Positions 44,378-53,710 of a DNA stretch of 53,710 bases are shown here, piece after piece (position 1 is the first letter of the stretch; each line of letters starts with the position of its first letter). The position numbers and the translations under genes were made by a program. Source of the stretch: Microcoleaceae cyanobacterium UBA9251 (GTDB taxonomy: Bacteria; Cyanobacteriota; Cyanobacteriia; Cyanobacteriales; Microcoleaceae). The DNA lies in contig DPLL01000480.1 of assembly GCA_003542015.1 (NCBI GenBank), forward strand, positions 213-53,922. The letters are read 5' to 3'. Below the pieces are notes generated by a model. That model had not been told where the DNA came from. It saw nothing but the letters and a program-made list of their open reading frames with translations, and made no database searches.

Positions 44378-44929
44378 ATTTTTAAGTAACGAGAAAGTGG
44401 TGTCGATATGATAATTTTACCACAGCCCAGGGTTGATGGAATCCTGTTCGGAGAATTTTAGTCTTGAGGCCAGCCAGTGTAAATTATAGCCTTTCTCAGA
44501 AAAATGGGGTACTGTCGGGCATAGGGCATAGGGCATAGGGCATAGGGCATAGGGCATAGGGCATAGGGCATATAGGGCATAGGGCATAGGGCATAGGGCA
44601 TAGGGCATACCTCACTTTTTCGAGAACCGCTATATGATTTGGCTAAGATGATGCGGTCGATCGCACTTACTAACAAAAAGTACGCGCGTGCGAAGCTATC
44701 CCGTAGGGAATCGCCAATGTTTAATTAACTGAAACCGCCTCAAAAATTACCCTATCTGTTCGAGAGCGTCAAGAGTTGAAAAAAGATAAATCAGAAAGCG
44801 ATCGCCCTTAAGAGTGATGGCCCGCAATCCAATTCGCGTCAATCCGCGTCAATCCGCCTACATCTGCGGTTAAAAAAAGAACCATCGCCCTCAAAAAAAT
44901 TAGGTGGACCGCAGCCCACCTTACTCAAA

Positions 44930-47545
44930 TTATTTCGCAGTCACCAACCCAGCCGGCAGCCTTTTAAACGCCAACCTTTCATTCTCGATATCCACAAAAA
45001 TCGTATCCCCATCCACAAAATCTCCCCGCAAAATACCCTTCGCCATTTGCGTTTCCAACTCCCGTTGAATTCCCCGCTTCAAAGGCCGCGCACCATACAC
45101 CGGATCGTAGCCTATTTCTGCTAAAAAGTCAATGGCAGATTCCGACAATTTTAGAGACATTTTGCGATCGGCTAACCGTTTTTCCAAGCGCTTAACTTGC
45201 AACAGCACAATCTGCCGCAATTCCCGCTTACTCAAACTGTGGAAAATAATCATCTCATCAATCCGGTTCAAGAATTCCGGGCGGAAAGTTGCCCGCATCG
45301 ACTCCATCACCCGACTCCGCATTTGTTCCTCATCTCCCGCCACATCTAAAATGTATTGAGAGCCGACATTCGATGTCATAATAATCACAGAATTCTTAAA
45401 GTCTACTGTGTGACCTTGAGCATCGGTAACGCGGCCATCGTCGAGAATTTGCAGCATGATATTGAATACATCCGGGTGCGCTTTCTCGATTTCATCGAAT
45501 AGAATCACCGAGTAAGGACGGCGACGCACAGCCTCAGTTAACTGTCCACCTTCATCGTAGCCGACGTATCCAGGAGGCGCACCAATTAACCGCGAAACTG
45601 CGTGTTTTTCCATGTATTCCGACATATCAATTCGCACGATCGCCTCTTCGGTATCAAACAGATAAGACGCTAATGCTTTGGCTAATTCCGTTTTGCCAAC
45701 ACCCGTGGGGCCGAGGAATATAAAACTAGCAACCGGACGATTTGGGTCAGCTAAACCTGCGCGCGATCGCACAATTGCATCTGCAACCGCCGTCACCGCT
45801 TCATCCTGTCCAATTACCCGCTTGTGCAGTTCATCTTCCAACTGCAAAAGTTTCTGCATTTCCGATGCAACTAACTTGCTAATCGGAATTCCCGTCCACT
45901 TAGAAATAATCTCGGCAATGTCAGCTTCGGTGACTTCTTCCCGCAGCAAACTTTTACCAGTAATTTGACTTTCTGACAGTTTAGATTCAGCTTCATGCAG
46001 TTGTTTTTGCAACTGAGTTAACGTGCCGTATTTCAACTCAGCAGCGCGGTTTAGGTCGTATTTTAACTCAGCTTGTTGAATTTCAATGTTCACCTTGTCA
46101 ATCTGTTCTTTAATCTTTTGAATGCTGTCAATGACACCTTTTTCAGATTGCCACTGAGCGTTCAAACCGCTTTGATTTTCCTTGAGGTTGGCTAAGTCTT
46201 TTTCCAATTTTTCCAAACGGTCGATCGATGCAGAATTGCTTTCTTTTTGCAGCGACAGTCTTTCCATTTCTAGCTGCAAAATTTTGCGATCGATTTCGTC
46301 TAATTCTTCCGGCTTAGAAGTAATCTCCATTTTGAGTTTAGCCGCCGCTTCGTCCATTAAATCAATGGCTTTGTCAGGGAGGAAGCGATCGCTAATATAT
46401 CGAGTAGACAAAGTAGCCGCCGCCACTAGGGCGCTGTCGGAGATTTTAACGCCGTGATGCACTTCGTAGCGTTCCTTCAAACCCCGCAGAATTGAGATAG
46501 TATCTTCAACAGTTGGTTGGTCAACATAAACTTGTTGAAAACGGCGTTCTAGGGCTGCATCTTTTTCCAGATACTTGCGGTATTCATCGAGAGTTGTAGC
46601 ACCAATACAGCGCAATTCTCCCCTCGCTAACATCGGTTTGAGCAAGTTGCCGGCATCCATCGAGCCTTGAGTTGCACCCGCACCGACAACGGTGTGAATT
46701 TCATCAATAAATAAGATGACTTTCCCGTTACTATCCATCACTTCTTTGAGCACCGCTTTCAAGCGTTCTTCAAATTCTCCCCGGAATTTTGCACCGGCAA
46801 TTAATGCGCCCATATCTAAGCTAATTAATTGTCGATCTTTGAGAGATTGTGGCACATCTCCGGTGATAATTCGTTGGGCGAGTCCTTCGGCGATCGCAGT
46901 TTTACCTACTCCCGGTTCCCCAATCAATACGGGGTTATTCTTGGTGCGACGGCTCAAAATTTGAATCGTGCGGCGGATTTCGTCATCCCGTCCGATTACC
47001 GGATCGAGTTTACCTTGACGCGCTGCTTCTGTCAAATCTCTGCCGTATTTTTCCAGCGCTTCGTATTTACCTTCTGGATTTTGATCGGTCACTTTGTTCT
47101 TCCCCCGGACTTGGGTAATTAGATCTTTGAGCTTGGCTTCATCTAGTTTAAATTCTTGCAACAGATTTTTGCCAAAGCGATCGTCCTTAATGTATCCTAA
47201 TATCAGATGTTCGATCGAAATAAATTCATCGCCATAGTCTTTCCGATAAATTTCGGCGCGATCGAGTAAAGTGTCGAGAGAACGACCGAGATAAACATTG
47301 TTCCCGCTTCCAGAGATTTTCGGCTGGCGACTGATGAATTCGTCTGTGCGATCGCGCAATTTAGCTAATGGTACGCCTGCTTTGTTAAATAAGCTGCTAG
47401 CAAGTCCCGATTCTTGTTCCAGCAAAGCTTTCATCAAGTGTTCGCTTTCTAGCTGCTGCTGCTGGGCTGCTTTGACGAGTTCGGGGGTGCGGGCTAGGGC
47501 TTCCCAGGCTTTTTCGGTAAATTGGTTGGGATTATTCGGTTGCAT
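44930..47545 (-). CDS. clpB: Chaperone ClpB
   Basis: Two AAA+ modules, long M-domain, GYVG loop; start MQPNNP. Confidence 0.97.
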   Translation of the reverse strand: MQPNNPNQFTEKAWEALARTPELVKAAQQQQLESEHLMKALLEQESGLASSLFNKAGVPLAKLRDRTDEFISRQPKISGSGNNVYLGRSLDTLLDRAEIYRKDYGDEFISIEHLILGYIKDDRFGKNLLQEFKLDEAKLKDLITQVRGKNKVTDQNPEGKYEALEKYGRDLTEAARQGKLDPVIGRDDEIRRTIQILSRRTKNNPVLIGEPGVGKTAIAEGLAQRIITGDVPQSLKDRQLISLDMGALIAGAKFRGEFEERLKAVLKEVMDSNGKVILFIDEIHTVVGAGATQGSMDAGNLLKPMLARGELRCIGATTLDEYRKYLEKDAALERRFQQVYVDQPTVEDTISILRGLKERYEVHHGVKISDSALVAAATLSTRYISDRFLPDKAIDLMDEAAAKLKMEITSKPEELDEIDRKILQLEMERLSLQKESNSASIDRLEKLEKDLANLKENQSGLNAQWQSEKGVIDSIQKIKEQIDKVNIEIQQAELKYDLNRAAELKYGTLTQLQKQLHEAESKLSESQITGKSLLREEVTEADIAEIISKWTGIPISKLVASEMQKLLQLEDELHKRVIGQDEAVTAVADAIVRSRAGLADPNRPVASFIFLGPTGVGKTELAKALASYLFDTEEAIVRIDMSEYMEKHAVSRLIGAPPGYVGYDEGGQLTEAVRRRPYSVILFDEIEKAHPDVFNIMLQILDDGRVTDAQGHTVDFKNSVIIMTSNVGSQYILDVAGDEEQMRSRVMESMRATFRPEFLNRIDEMIIFHSLSKRELRQIVLLQVKRLEKRLADRKMSLKLSESAIDFLAEIGYDPVYGARPLKRGIQRELETQMAKGILRGDFVDGDTIFVDIENERLAFKRLPAGLVTAK

Positions 47546-47918
47546 AAATTTTAATCTCCTGAATTGAAAGCGATCGATATTGTAGAGGCAAATGATTGAT
47601 TGCCGGTACAATTATCATTGTAGAGAATTAATGGCGGGCGATCGGATCGGTGTTCCCTATCTTTAGATAGATATTTCCGTCCTTTGTCGCAGTCTCTCGC
47701 AGCCAAAAGCGCCTAAAAGTGCGATCGGCCCTCAAGCTGCTAATTACTGCTAATTACTAAGAAAATTGGTAGAATGGCAAAAGTAATGTTAGGAAAAAAA
47801 CTGTAAATAGAGTGTGGTAATGTGCCTTGTAATTAATTATAATAGTCCGCAGCGCGTCATCGGAGCGCTGAACAGCCAAAATTTGATATGATATTATTCA
47901 AATATTTATTATAGATCC

Positions 47919-48593
47919 ATGTCCGAATCCCGAACACTTGAGTCAGCCGTAGAATTTGCCGAAAATTCAGAGCCGCGCTGTCCATGTATCCTGTTGCTAG
48001 ACGTTTCCTACTCTATGTCCGGCGCACCCATTAATGCCTTAAATGAGGGATTACGCATCTTCAGAGACGGGCTGAATCAAGATGGATTAACCAAGAAGCG
48101 CGTTGAAATAGCTATTGTTACCTTTGGTAGTAAAGTAAAGGTGGTTCAGGAATTTGTGACTGTAGATCGGTTTTGGCCACAGACAATAAAAGTAGGAGGA
48201 TCAACCTACATGGGAGCTGGAATTGACAAAGCTTTAGACATTCTTGAAGCCAGAAAAGCCTCCTATAAGGCTAATGCAATCAGTCATTACCGCCCTTGGG
48301 TATTTATGATTACAGATGGTGAACCCACTGACAATGATCTTGTTGTCGATCGCGCGGCTCAACGGATTCGGGATGAGGAATCTGAAAAACGAGTTGCTTT
48401 CTTTGCTGTGGGTGTGGAAGGGGTTAATATGACCCGCCTCAGTCAAATTGTCGTCCGCACACCTGTGAAGTTAAAAGGGCTGAAATTTCGGGAGATGTTC
48501 CTATGGCTGTCAGCTAGTATGGATAGAGTATCTCATTCTAAATTAGATGAACAAGTCCCCCTGAACTCGCCCGCTGGATGGGGTTCTGTTTGA
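47919..48593 (+). CDS. vWA domain protein, TerY-like
   Basis: MIDAS DVSYS, YRPWVFMITDGEP, FLWLSAS. Confidence 0.88.
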   Translation: MSESRTLESAVEFAENSEPRCPCILLLDVSYSMSGAPINALNEGLRIFRDGLNQDGLTKKRVEIAIVTFGSKVKVVQEFVTVDRFWPQTIKVGGSTYMGAGIDKALDILEARKASYKANAISHYRPWVFMITDGEPTDNDLVVDRAAQRIRDEESEKRVAFFAVGVEGVNMTRLSQIVVRTPVKLKGLKFREMFLWLSASMDRVSHSKLDEQVPLNSPAGWGSV

Positions 48594-48626
48594 TGAATTA
48601 CCAAGTTGAGTTAAAGCCGAAAGGGA

Positions 48627-48720
48627 TGTCATGTTGAACGCAGCGAAGTGGAGTGAAACATCTCGGTATTTTCCCGAAACCCGCTGATTCTTCGTTACGC
48701 TTCGCTCCACTCAGAATGAC
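48627..48720. repeat. TGTCAT...CTCAGAATGAC palindromic repeat; half copies near 14401 and 15483
   Basis: Shared TGTCATxCTGAG...CGAAGxATCTC pattern. Confidence 0.7.
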
Positions 48721-48785
48721 CAATTTATACCCTTCTAGAATGAGTGAAACATCCTCTTACTCTTAAACGACTGGAGGAAATATCA

Positions 48786-48980
48786 ATGATTCCGTTACAT
48801 CCTGAGTTTATTACCAAAAACGGCAAAAAAGAATTTGTAGTGATACCTTACAAAGAATTTGCAGCACTGCAATAATTAATTGCCTATCTGGAAGATTTAA
48901 TGAATTTGAGGGCGGCAAAAAAGGAAGATGCAAATCAGTATTCAGTGCCGTTAGTAGAGGTGAAAAAAATGTTAGGATTA
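48786..48980 (+). pseudogene. Phd/YefM-like antitoxin with premature stop
   Basis: GGAGG RBS; MIPLHPEFITKNGKKEFVVIPYKEFAALQ*LIAYLEDLMNLRAAKK...EVKKMLGL. Confidence 0.78.
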
Positions 48981-50714
48981 TACTTGCATAGTCACCCGTT
49001 CCGGGAGACTAACAATAAAAGTTGAACCTTTACCATCCTGACTTTCCACACTAATTTCGCCGCCGAGAATTTGACACAAACGTTGGCTAATTGTCAAGCC
49101 CAAACCTGTACCTCCGTACTTGCGGGTAGTCGAGACATCAGCTTGAGTAAAAGGTTTGAATATCTGCTGCAATTGCTCGTCTGTCATCCCAATGCCGGTG
49201 TCGCTGACTCGAAAGATTAAAACTTGAGAATTGTAATTTAATCCCGATAAAAGTTCATCATTATTTTTACTATGTTTAGTTGGTTTGGTTTTTTGAGTTT
49301 TAATTCTTTCAACGCCGATAGTAATGACACCTTTTTCGGTGAATTTGGCAGCGTTGCTGAGCAAGTTGAGGAGAATTTGCCGCACTTTTGGCTGGTCGGC
49401 GTACATCATACCGAGTTCGCCTTGGGTTTTTAATGCTAAAGCATTGCCTTTTTTTTCTACTAGCGGTTGAGCCGTGGTCATCACTTCTTCAATCATTTTT
49501 GCTACGTCGAAGTTTTCTAAATAAAGGGTGACGTGACCGGCTTCAATTTTAGAAATATCCAGGATGTCGCTAATCATATCCAGCAGGTGTTTTCCGGCGG
49601 TTTGAATTCTTTCTAAGTCGGGGAGAAAGTCTTCTGAACCGGAATCTTGAGCATCTTCTTGCAGCATTTCACTGTAATTAATGATCGCATTTAGAGGCGT
49701 GCGAAGTTCGTGGCTCATGTTAGCTAAAAATGCACTTTTGGAGCGGTTGGCTGCTTCGGCTGCTATTTTTGCTTCCTGCAAGTCTTCTGTATATTCTGCT
49801 ACCCGCTGAATGAGTTCGTTGAGCGAAATTGTGAGCCGTCCTACCTCGTCGGAAGTAGTGACGGGTGCTTGTAGGTCAAAGTTGGATTCTTCGGTAACTC
49901 GCTGGGCGATGAGGGTGGTGGCTTCTAGCGGACGGGCGATCGCACGGCTGGTGTATACTGCTAGAATTGCTGCGATCGCCGCTGATATGAAGAGAGAACC
50001 GATCAGAATTAGAGTTCCGAGTTGTTCTGCTTTCTCGTAGGTTCTAAATGCCTCGTCTGCTTTGTCCCGAAAGCTGGTAGCCTGTTGGGCACAATCCTGG
50101 GAAAACTTTTCGAGTTTAAAAGCGGTTTCGCTAGTGACAAAATTATTCAAGTTCCGCTCAAAATCTTGTCGCTGTTTCGGATTCAAACCAGATAATTTCG
50201 CATTCCCCAACAGTTTCTGGACTTGTTGAAAGTAAGCTTCTACTATTTTATTGTTGGCTTTAGCGAACACTTGAATCTGTTTGTAGTCTCTAGCAACTGC
50301 GGGATTTGAAGTCGGCGGGAGGCTTTGTAGTTGTTCGAGTTGTCCGCTCATCTGAGCCACGCGAGTCAGAAAGTCCGATCGTTGGCGATCGAAAATTTGC
50401 GGTTTTGTCGTCAGACTCACCAGCAAAAACTGGTGAATTCTGACTTCCTGGGCGGTATTATTGAGATTTGTTAAGATTTCGGCTTTATCTCGGTCGATCG
50501 CCAGTTTTTCCCTAACTTGCTGTTTGTAATAGGATTCTACTCCCCGTCCCGCCACAGCACCCAAAATGGCAATACTAATGACCAAGGCGTATCCGCAGCC
50601 GATTTTCTGCCTGATACCCAAGCGACTGAACAGACCTCTCAACCCTATTCTATGAGGGTTCTGGAGTTGATTTTTCAAGATTAAGGTTAAAGACATGGGC
50701 AATATACTCGTCAC
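48978..50714 (-). CDS. Membrane sensor histidine kinase (HAMP, HisKA, HATPase)
   Basis: Two TMs, [31 protein letters not shown]. Confidence 0.95.
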   Translation of the reverse strand: MTSILPMSLTLILKNQLQNPHRIGLRGLFSRLGIRQKIGCGYALVISIAILGAVAGRGVESYYKQQVREKLAIDRDKAEILTNLNNTAQEVRIHQFLLVSLTTKPQIFDRQRSDFLTRVAQMSGQLEQLQSLPPTSNPAVARDYKQIQVFAKANNKIVEAYFQQVQKLLGNAKLSGLNPKQRQDFERNLNNFVTSETAFKLEKFSQDCAQQATSFRDKADEAFRTYEKAEQLGTLILIGSLFISAAIAAILAVYTSRAIARPLEATTLIAQRVTEESNFDLQAPVTTSDEVGRLTISLNELIQRVAEYTEDLQEAKIAAEAANRSKSAFLANMSHELRTPLNAIINYSEMLQEDAQDSGSEDFLPDLERIQTAGKHLLDMISDILDISKIEAGHVTLYLENFDVAKMIEEVMTTAQPLVEKKGNALALKTQGELGMMYADQPKVRQILLNLLSNAAKFTEKGVITIGVERIKTQKTKPTKHSKNNDELLSGLNYNSQVLIFRVSDTGIGMTDEQLQQIFKPFTQADVSTTRKYGGTGLGLTISQRLCQILGGEISVESQDGKGSTFIVSLPERVTMQV

Positions 50715-50944
50715 CCCGAGAGGGATTGTCTATATTGTAATTGATACCTGCGTGAGGGTAAATAAAGTTGTTAATCCGAAACCAGATTTCGCCAGTTATG
50801 GGGTATTTGCAGCGTTCCACTACTTTTGCTGCTTGACATTTTGCAGAATTCATGGGTGAAGTGAACTGTTAACTGTTAACTGTTGACTGTGAAATCCCCC
50901 GCACTAAAGTGCAGGGGATGAGCTTAAAAGTTGTAACTTTTCCT

Positions 50945-51466
50945 CTACTGGCAAAGTCGAAATTGTGCTAACTCAGGAGGAATTTTTGAAGCGTTAGGCA
51001 CATTAGCAGAGGTAGGAACGAAGATTCCCATACCGAAACTGCAACCCTCTGCATTCGTGCATTCACCCGGTTTAGCAGTGATTTGATATTCGCCTTGGGA
51101 TGGAGGAGTAAAAGAGATTGTCGCGAGTTCGCCTGCCTTTTGACTCGCAGCGATTTCCTGGCCACTCGCATCCTTGAGAGTTAGGTTTAAGTCCTTGCAA
51201 TTTCCGTCGCAAGTACCTACAAAAACATACTCCACATCAGGATGCAGTCTCGCTCTAAAAGGAGATGAAACTTGCTTACGAACCAGACCGAATAATGGCA
51301 CAAATACTAATTTTTGACCATTGCTTTTCCGCTGTTGAACCTCTGTTTTCAAGCGACAAATAACCGTTTTTTGCTCGTTGGTCAGTTCTTGAGCGATCGC
51401 ATTTCCTACGATTACAGTACCGAGCAGCAGTGCCAGGCCGGAGATAGTCAGATGTTTGATGTTCAT
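50945..51466 (-). CDS. Secreted Cys-containing hypothetical protein
   Basis: Signal peptide ending AIA; CDGNC...C...C. Confidence 0.75.
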   Translation of the reverse strand: MNIKHLTISGLALLLGTVIVGNAIAQELTNEQKTVICRLKTEVQQRKSNGQKLVFVPLFGLVRKQVSSPFRARLHPDVEYVFVGTCDGNCKDLNLTLKDASGQEIAASQKAGELATISFTPPSQGEYQITAKPGECTNAEGCSFGMGIFVPTSANVPNASKIPPELAQFRLCQ

Positions 51467-51766
51467 TGATTGTCCCTCAAACTAATTTATGGGTGATTGC
51501 AATAGACTGCTTTTGCCAGCACTCTATTGAGTTATCTGGAGCCTACCACATTTATTGGGAATTGGGAATTGGGCATTGGGAATTGGGCATTGGGAATTGG
51601 GCATAGGGCATTGGGCTTTAGCGTTGCTCGCTTGATGGGGCATGGGGCATTGGTAAACCCTCACAAATAACCAATAACCAATAACAAATAACCAATAACA
51701 AATCACAAATAACAAATCACAAATAACCAGTGACTAATGACTGCTGACTGATGACTAATGACTAAA

Positions 51767-52333
51767 TCATTTCTTGCGAAAATCCCAAGCTGGAACAAAC
51801 TTTGAATCTCCCCAAACACCGCGTCGATTTTTCTTAGCTTCGGCTTCGGCTTGTTCCAGAATACTTGCACTCGGACATTTTTTCAAGTAAGGACGGTAGA
51901 CCATTGCTAGTCCTTCGCGGGTCAAAAATTCTTGTACAAATGTGCCGTTTTGCAAGCGAACTTCGCTGACTTGGCGGCCGTAGCGATCGGTATCAGTGAC
52001 GGTCAAAACTACCCTATCGCCTCCTTGTTTCACTAGCTGCTGTGTTCTTTGCAGCGCTAGCATTCCCCACTTAAATTGATTTTTTTGTGCTGATTCTTTG
52101 CTATTTTTTTCAGCATTTGTGTGGGGAATTTCCGGTGCATCTATGCAGGCAAAACGCACTTTGATATCTTTACCAGCAGCATCGCTGGCGACAATAGTGT
52201 CGCCGTCGCTGACTCGTTTTACAGCATAGTTATTCGGCGCGAATTTTTGTGGACACCCGAATAGTAGCAATAGCATACTTACTGTAATCAAGCTTTTCAT
52301 TGTTTGGGAAATTGTGATTTTTCTTGGACTCAT
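51767..52333 (-). CDS. Thermonuclease (SNase-like), probable lipoprotein
   Basis: VSDGDT, IDAPE, DRYGR, RRGVW; LFGC lipobox. Confidence 0.92.
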   Translation of the reverse strand: MSPRKITISQTMKSLITVSMLLLLFGCPQKFAPNNYAVKRVSDGDTIVASDAAGKDIKVRFACIDAPEIPHTNAEKNSKESAQKNQFKWGMLALQRTQQLVKQGGDRVVLTVTDTDRYGRQVSEVRLQNGTFVQEFLTREGLAMVYRPYLKKCPSASILEQAEAEAKKNRRGVWGDSKFVPAWDFRKK

Positions 52334-52440
52334 CTTGCTCGGTTTTTATTTGGTTTCCATCCAATTTTTGCCCGCATTGTGATTTTTATTTGACTCATCT
52401 TGCTCGGTTTTTATTTGGTTTCCATCCAATTTTTGCCCGC
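52311..52440. repeat. 65 bp tandem duplication
   Basis: 52311-52375 and 52376-52440 differ at 2 positions. Confidence 0.92.
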
Positions 52441-53710
52441 GTGGATGTCAACTATCAACGGTACACTCAGAGGCAGAGCATTTTCCATTGCATCTTTGAT
52501 TTTCGGCTGCAATTCTTCCCATTCGTCGGGAGGTACTTCAAAGATTAATTCGTCGTGAACTTGCAGCAGCAACCGCGCCTGATAGTTTTGCAAAATTTTG
52601 TTGACTTCAATCATGGCAAGTTTAATGATATCAGCACTGGAGCCTTGGATGGGAGCGTTTGCTGCGGCGCGCAAAGATTGGGCATCATTTTTAGTGAGGG
52701 ACTTAAGTCGATCGGGGTGGATTGCTTCGGGGTTAGTGCCTTTTAAGTCGCTGAGACGCTCGAAGTTTAAGTAACGGCGACGGCCGAGTATAGTGGAAAC
52801 ATAGCCAAGTGCGATCGCCTCTTTTTTGACCTGCTCCAAATATTCAAACACTTTACTATAACGCTGGTTAAATCGTTCAATAAACTTTTTACCATCTGCT
52901 GCACTTTTCCCCATCGATTTGCCAAACTTAATCGCCCCCATACCATAAATTACGCCAAAATTAATCGTTTTGCCAAACCGTCTTTCATCAGGCGTGATTT
53001 CCTCTTTTTCAAACAATAGCTGAGCTGTCACAGTATGCACATCTCGATTGTTTTGGTAAGCTTCGATTAACACAGGTTCTTGACTCAAATGAGCTAAAAT
53101 CCGCAACTCTATTTGAGAATAGTCAGCCGACACCATCAACCAACCTGGTTCTGGTAAAAAAGCCTTGCGAATTTGTCGCGAAAATTCGGTGCGGATGGGA
53201 ATATTCTGCATATTGGGATTAGAAGAAGAAAGCCTTCCCGTACCTGTAGCAGCTTGGTTGAAATCTGTATGCACTCGCCCGGTATCCGCCCGCACTAACT
53301 GCGGCAAAGCATCGACATAAGTTGATTTCAACTTGGATAATGTTCGGTGTTCTAATAAATCGTCTACAATCGGGTGATCGCCTTGCAGTTTATCCAAAAC
53401 AGCAGCGTCGGTAGAATATCCTGTTTTCGTTTTGCGAGACTTTTTCTGAAACTCATCGGGGATTTTTTCTAACAAGATTTCGCTGAGTTGTTTTGGGGAA
53501 CCTAAATTAAACTTTCTCCCCGCTGCTTGATAGGTGTTTTCTTCTAGTTCGGCTAATCTTTTTTCTAGCTGTTGCGATAGTTCTTGCAGATAAGCTGAAT
53601 CAATGCGAATTCCGCAATATTCCATTTCTGCTAAAATTGGTTCTAAAGGCTGTTCTACTTCTAGCAGCAACCGATGCAAAGACTTTGATGGGTGCCCAGA
53701 AACCGGGTTT
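52411..53710 (-). CDS. polA: DNA polymerase I, C-terminal part (open to window edge)
   Basis: TGRLSS, ADYSQIELR, KTINFGVIYG, QVHDEL. Confidence 0.96.
   Translation of the reverse strand, partial: NPVSGHPSKSLHRLLLEVEQPLEPILAEMEYCGIRIDSAYLQELSQQLEKRLAELEENTYQAAGRKFNLGSPKQLSEILLEKIPDEFQKKSRKTKTGYSTDAAVLDKLQGDHPIVDDLLEHRTLSKLKSTYVDALPQLVRADTGRVHTDFNQAATGTGRLSSSNPNMQNIPIRTEFSRQIRKAFLPEPGWLMVSADYSQIELRILAHLSQEPVLIEAYQNNRDVHTVTAQLLFEKEEITPDERRFGKTINFGVIYGMGAIKFGKSMGKSAADGKKFIERFNQRYSKVFEYLEQVKKEAIALGYVSTILGRRRYLNFERLSDLKGTNPEAIHPDRLKSLTKNDAQSLRAAANAPIQGSSADIIKLAMIEVNKILQNYQARLLLQVHDELIFEVPPDEWEELQPKIKDAMENALPLSVPLIVDIHAGKNWMETK

Noticed and set aside
44417..44676. ORFs with MPYALCP repeats
   Set aside because: Translations of the (GGGCATA)n array
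51524..51715. 63-aa ORF
   Set aside because: Made almost entirely of STRR arrays

Overview
Chromosomal window from a filamentous cyanobacterium. HIP1 GCGATCGC octamers, STRR heptamers and the repeat families suggest Oscillatoriales (Microcoleus-like); this is an inference. Much of it is housekeeping: frmA/frmB, fni, sppA, ylqF, pgk, desA, thrC, purU, clpB and the 3' part of polA. Five things stand out. (1) A three-gene module at 20.7-24.4 kb: an HsdR_N-type nuclease fused to a ParA ATPase, plus two atypical ParB-like proteins lacking the arginine patch, one ending in a helix-hairpin-helix and one in a Rho_N-like domain. This is the best candidate for an undescribed system. (2) An ~11 kb zinc-starvation island at 27.7-38.6 kb with seven Zur-box-like sites, an ABC transporter, Zn-independent hemB, hisI, folE, a COG0523 GTPase and an unusual metallophosphoesterase pair. 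It also holds two unannotated gene remnants. (3) A TnpB-only IS200/IS605 element with readable ends, inserted in the 3' end of a MOSC gene. (4) A decayed DUF262 + intact HEPN pair, and a dead Phd-like antitoxin. (5) Modular intergenic repeats, some entering sppA and polA. No rRNA, tRNA or CRISPR array was seen. All calls come from reading the sequence; no database search was run.
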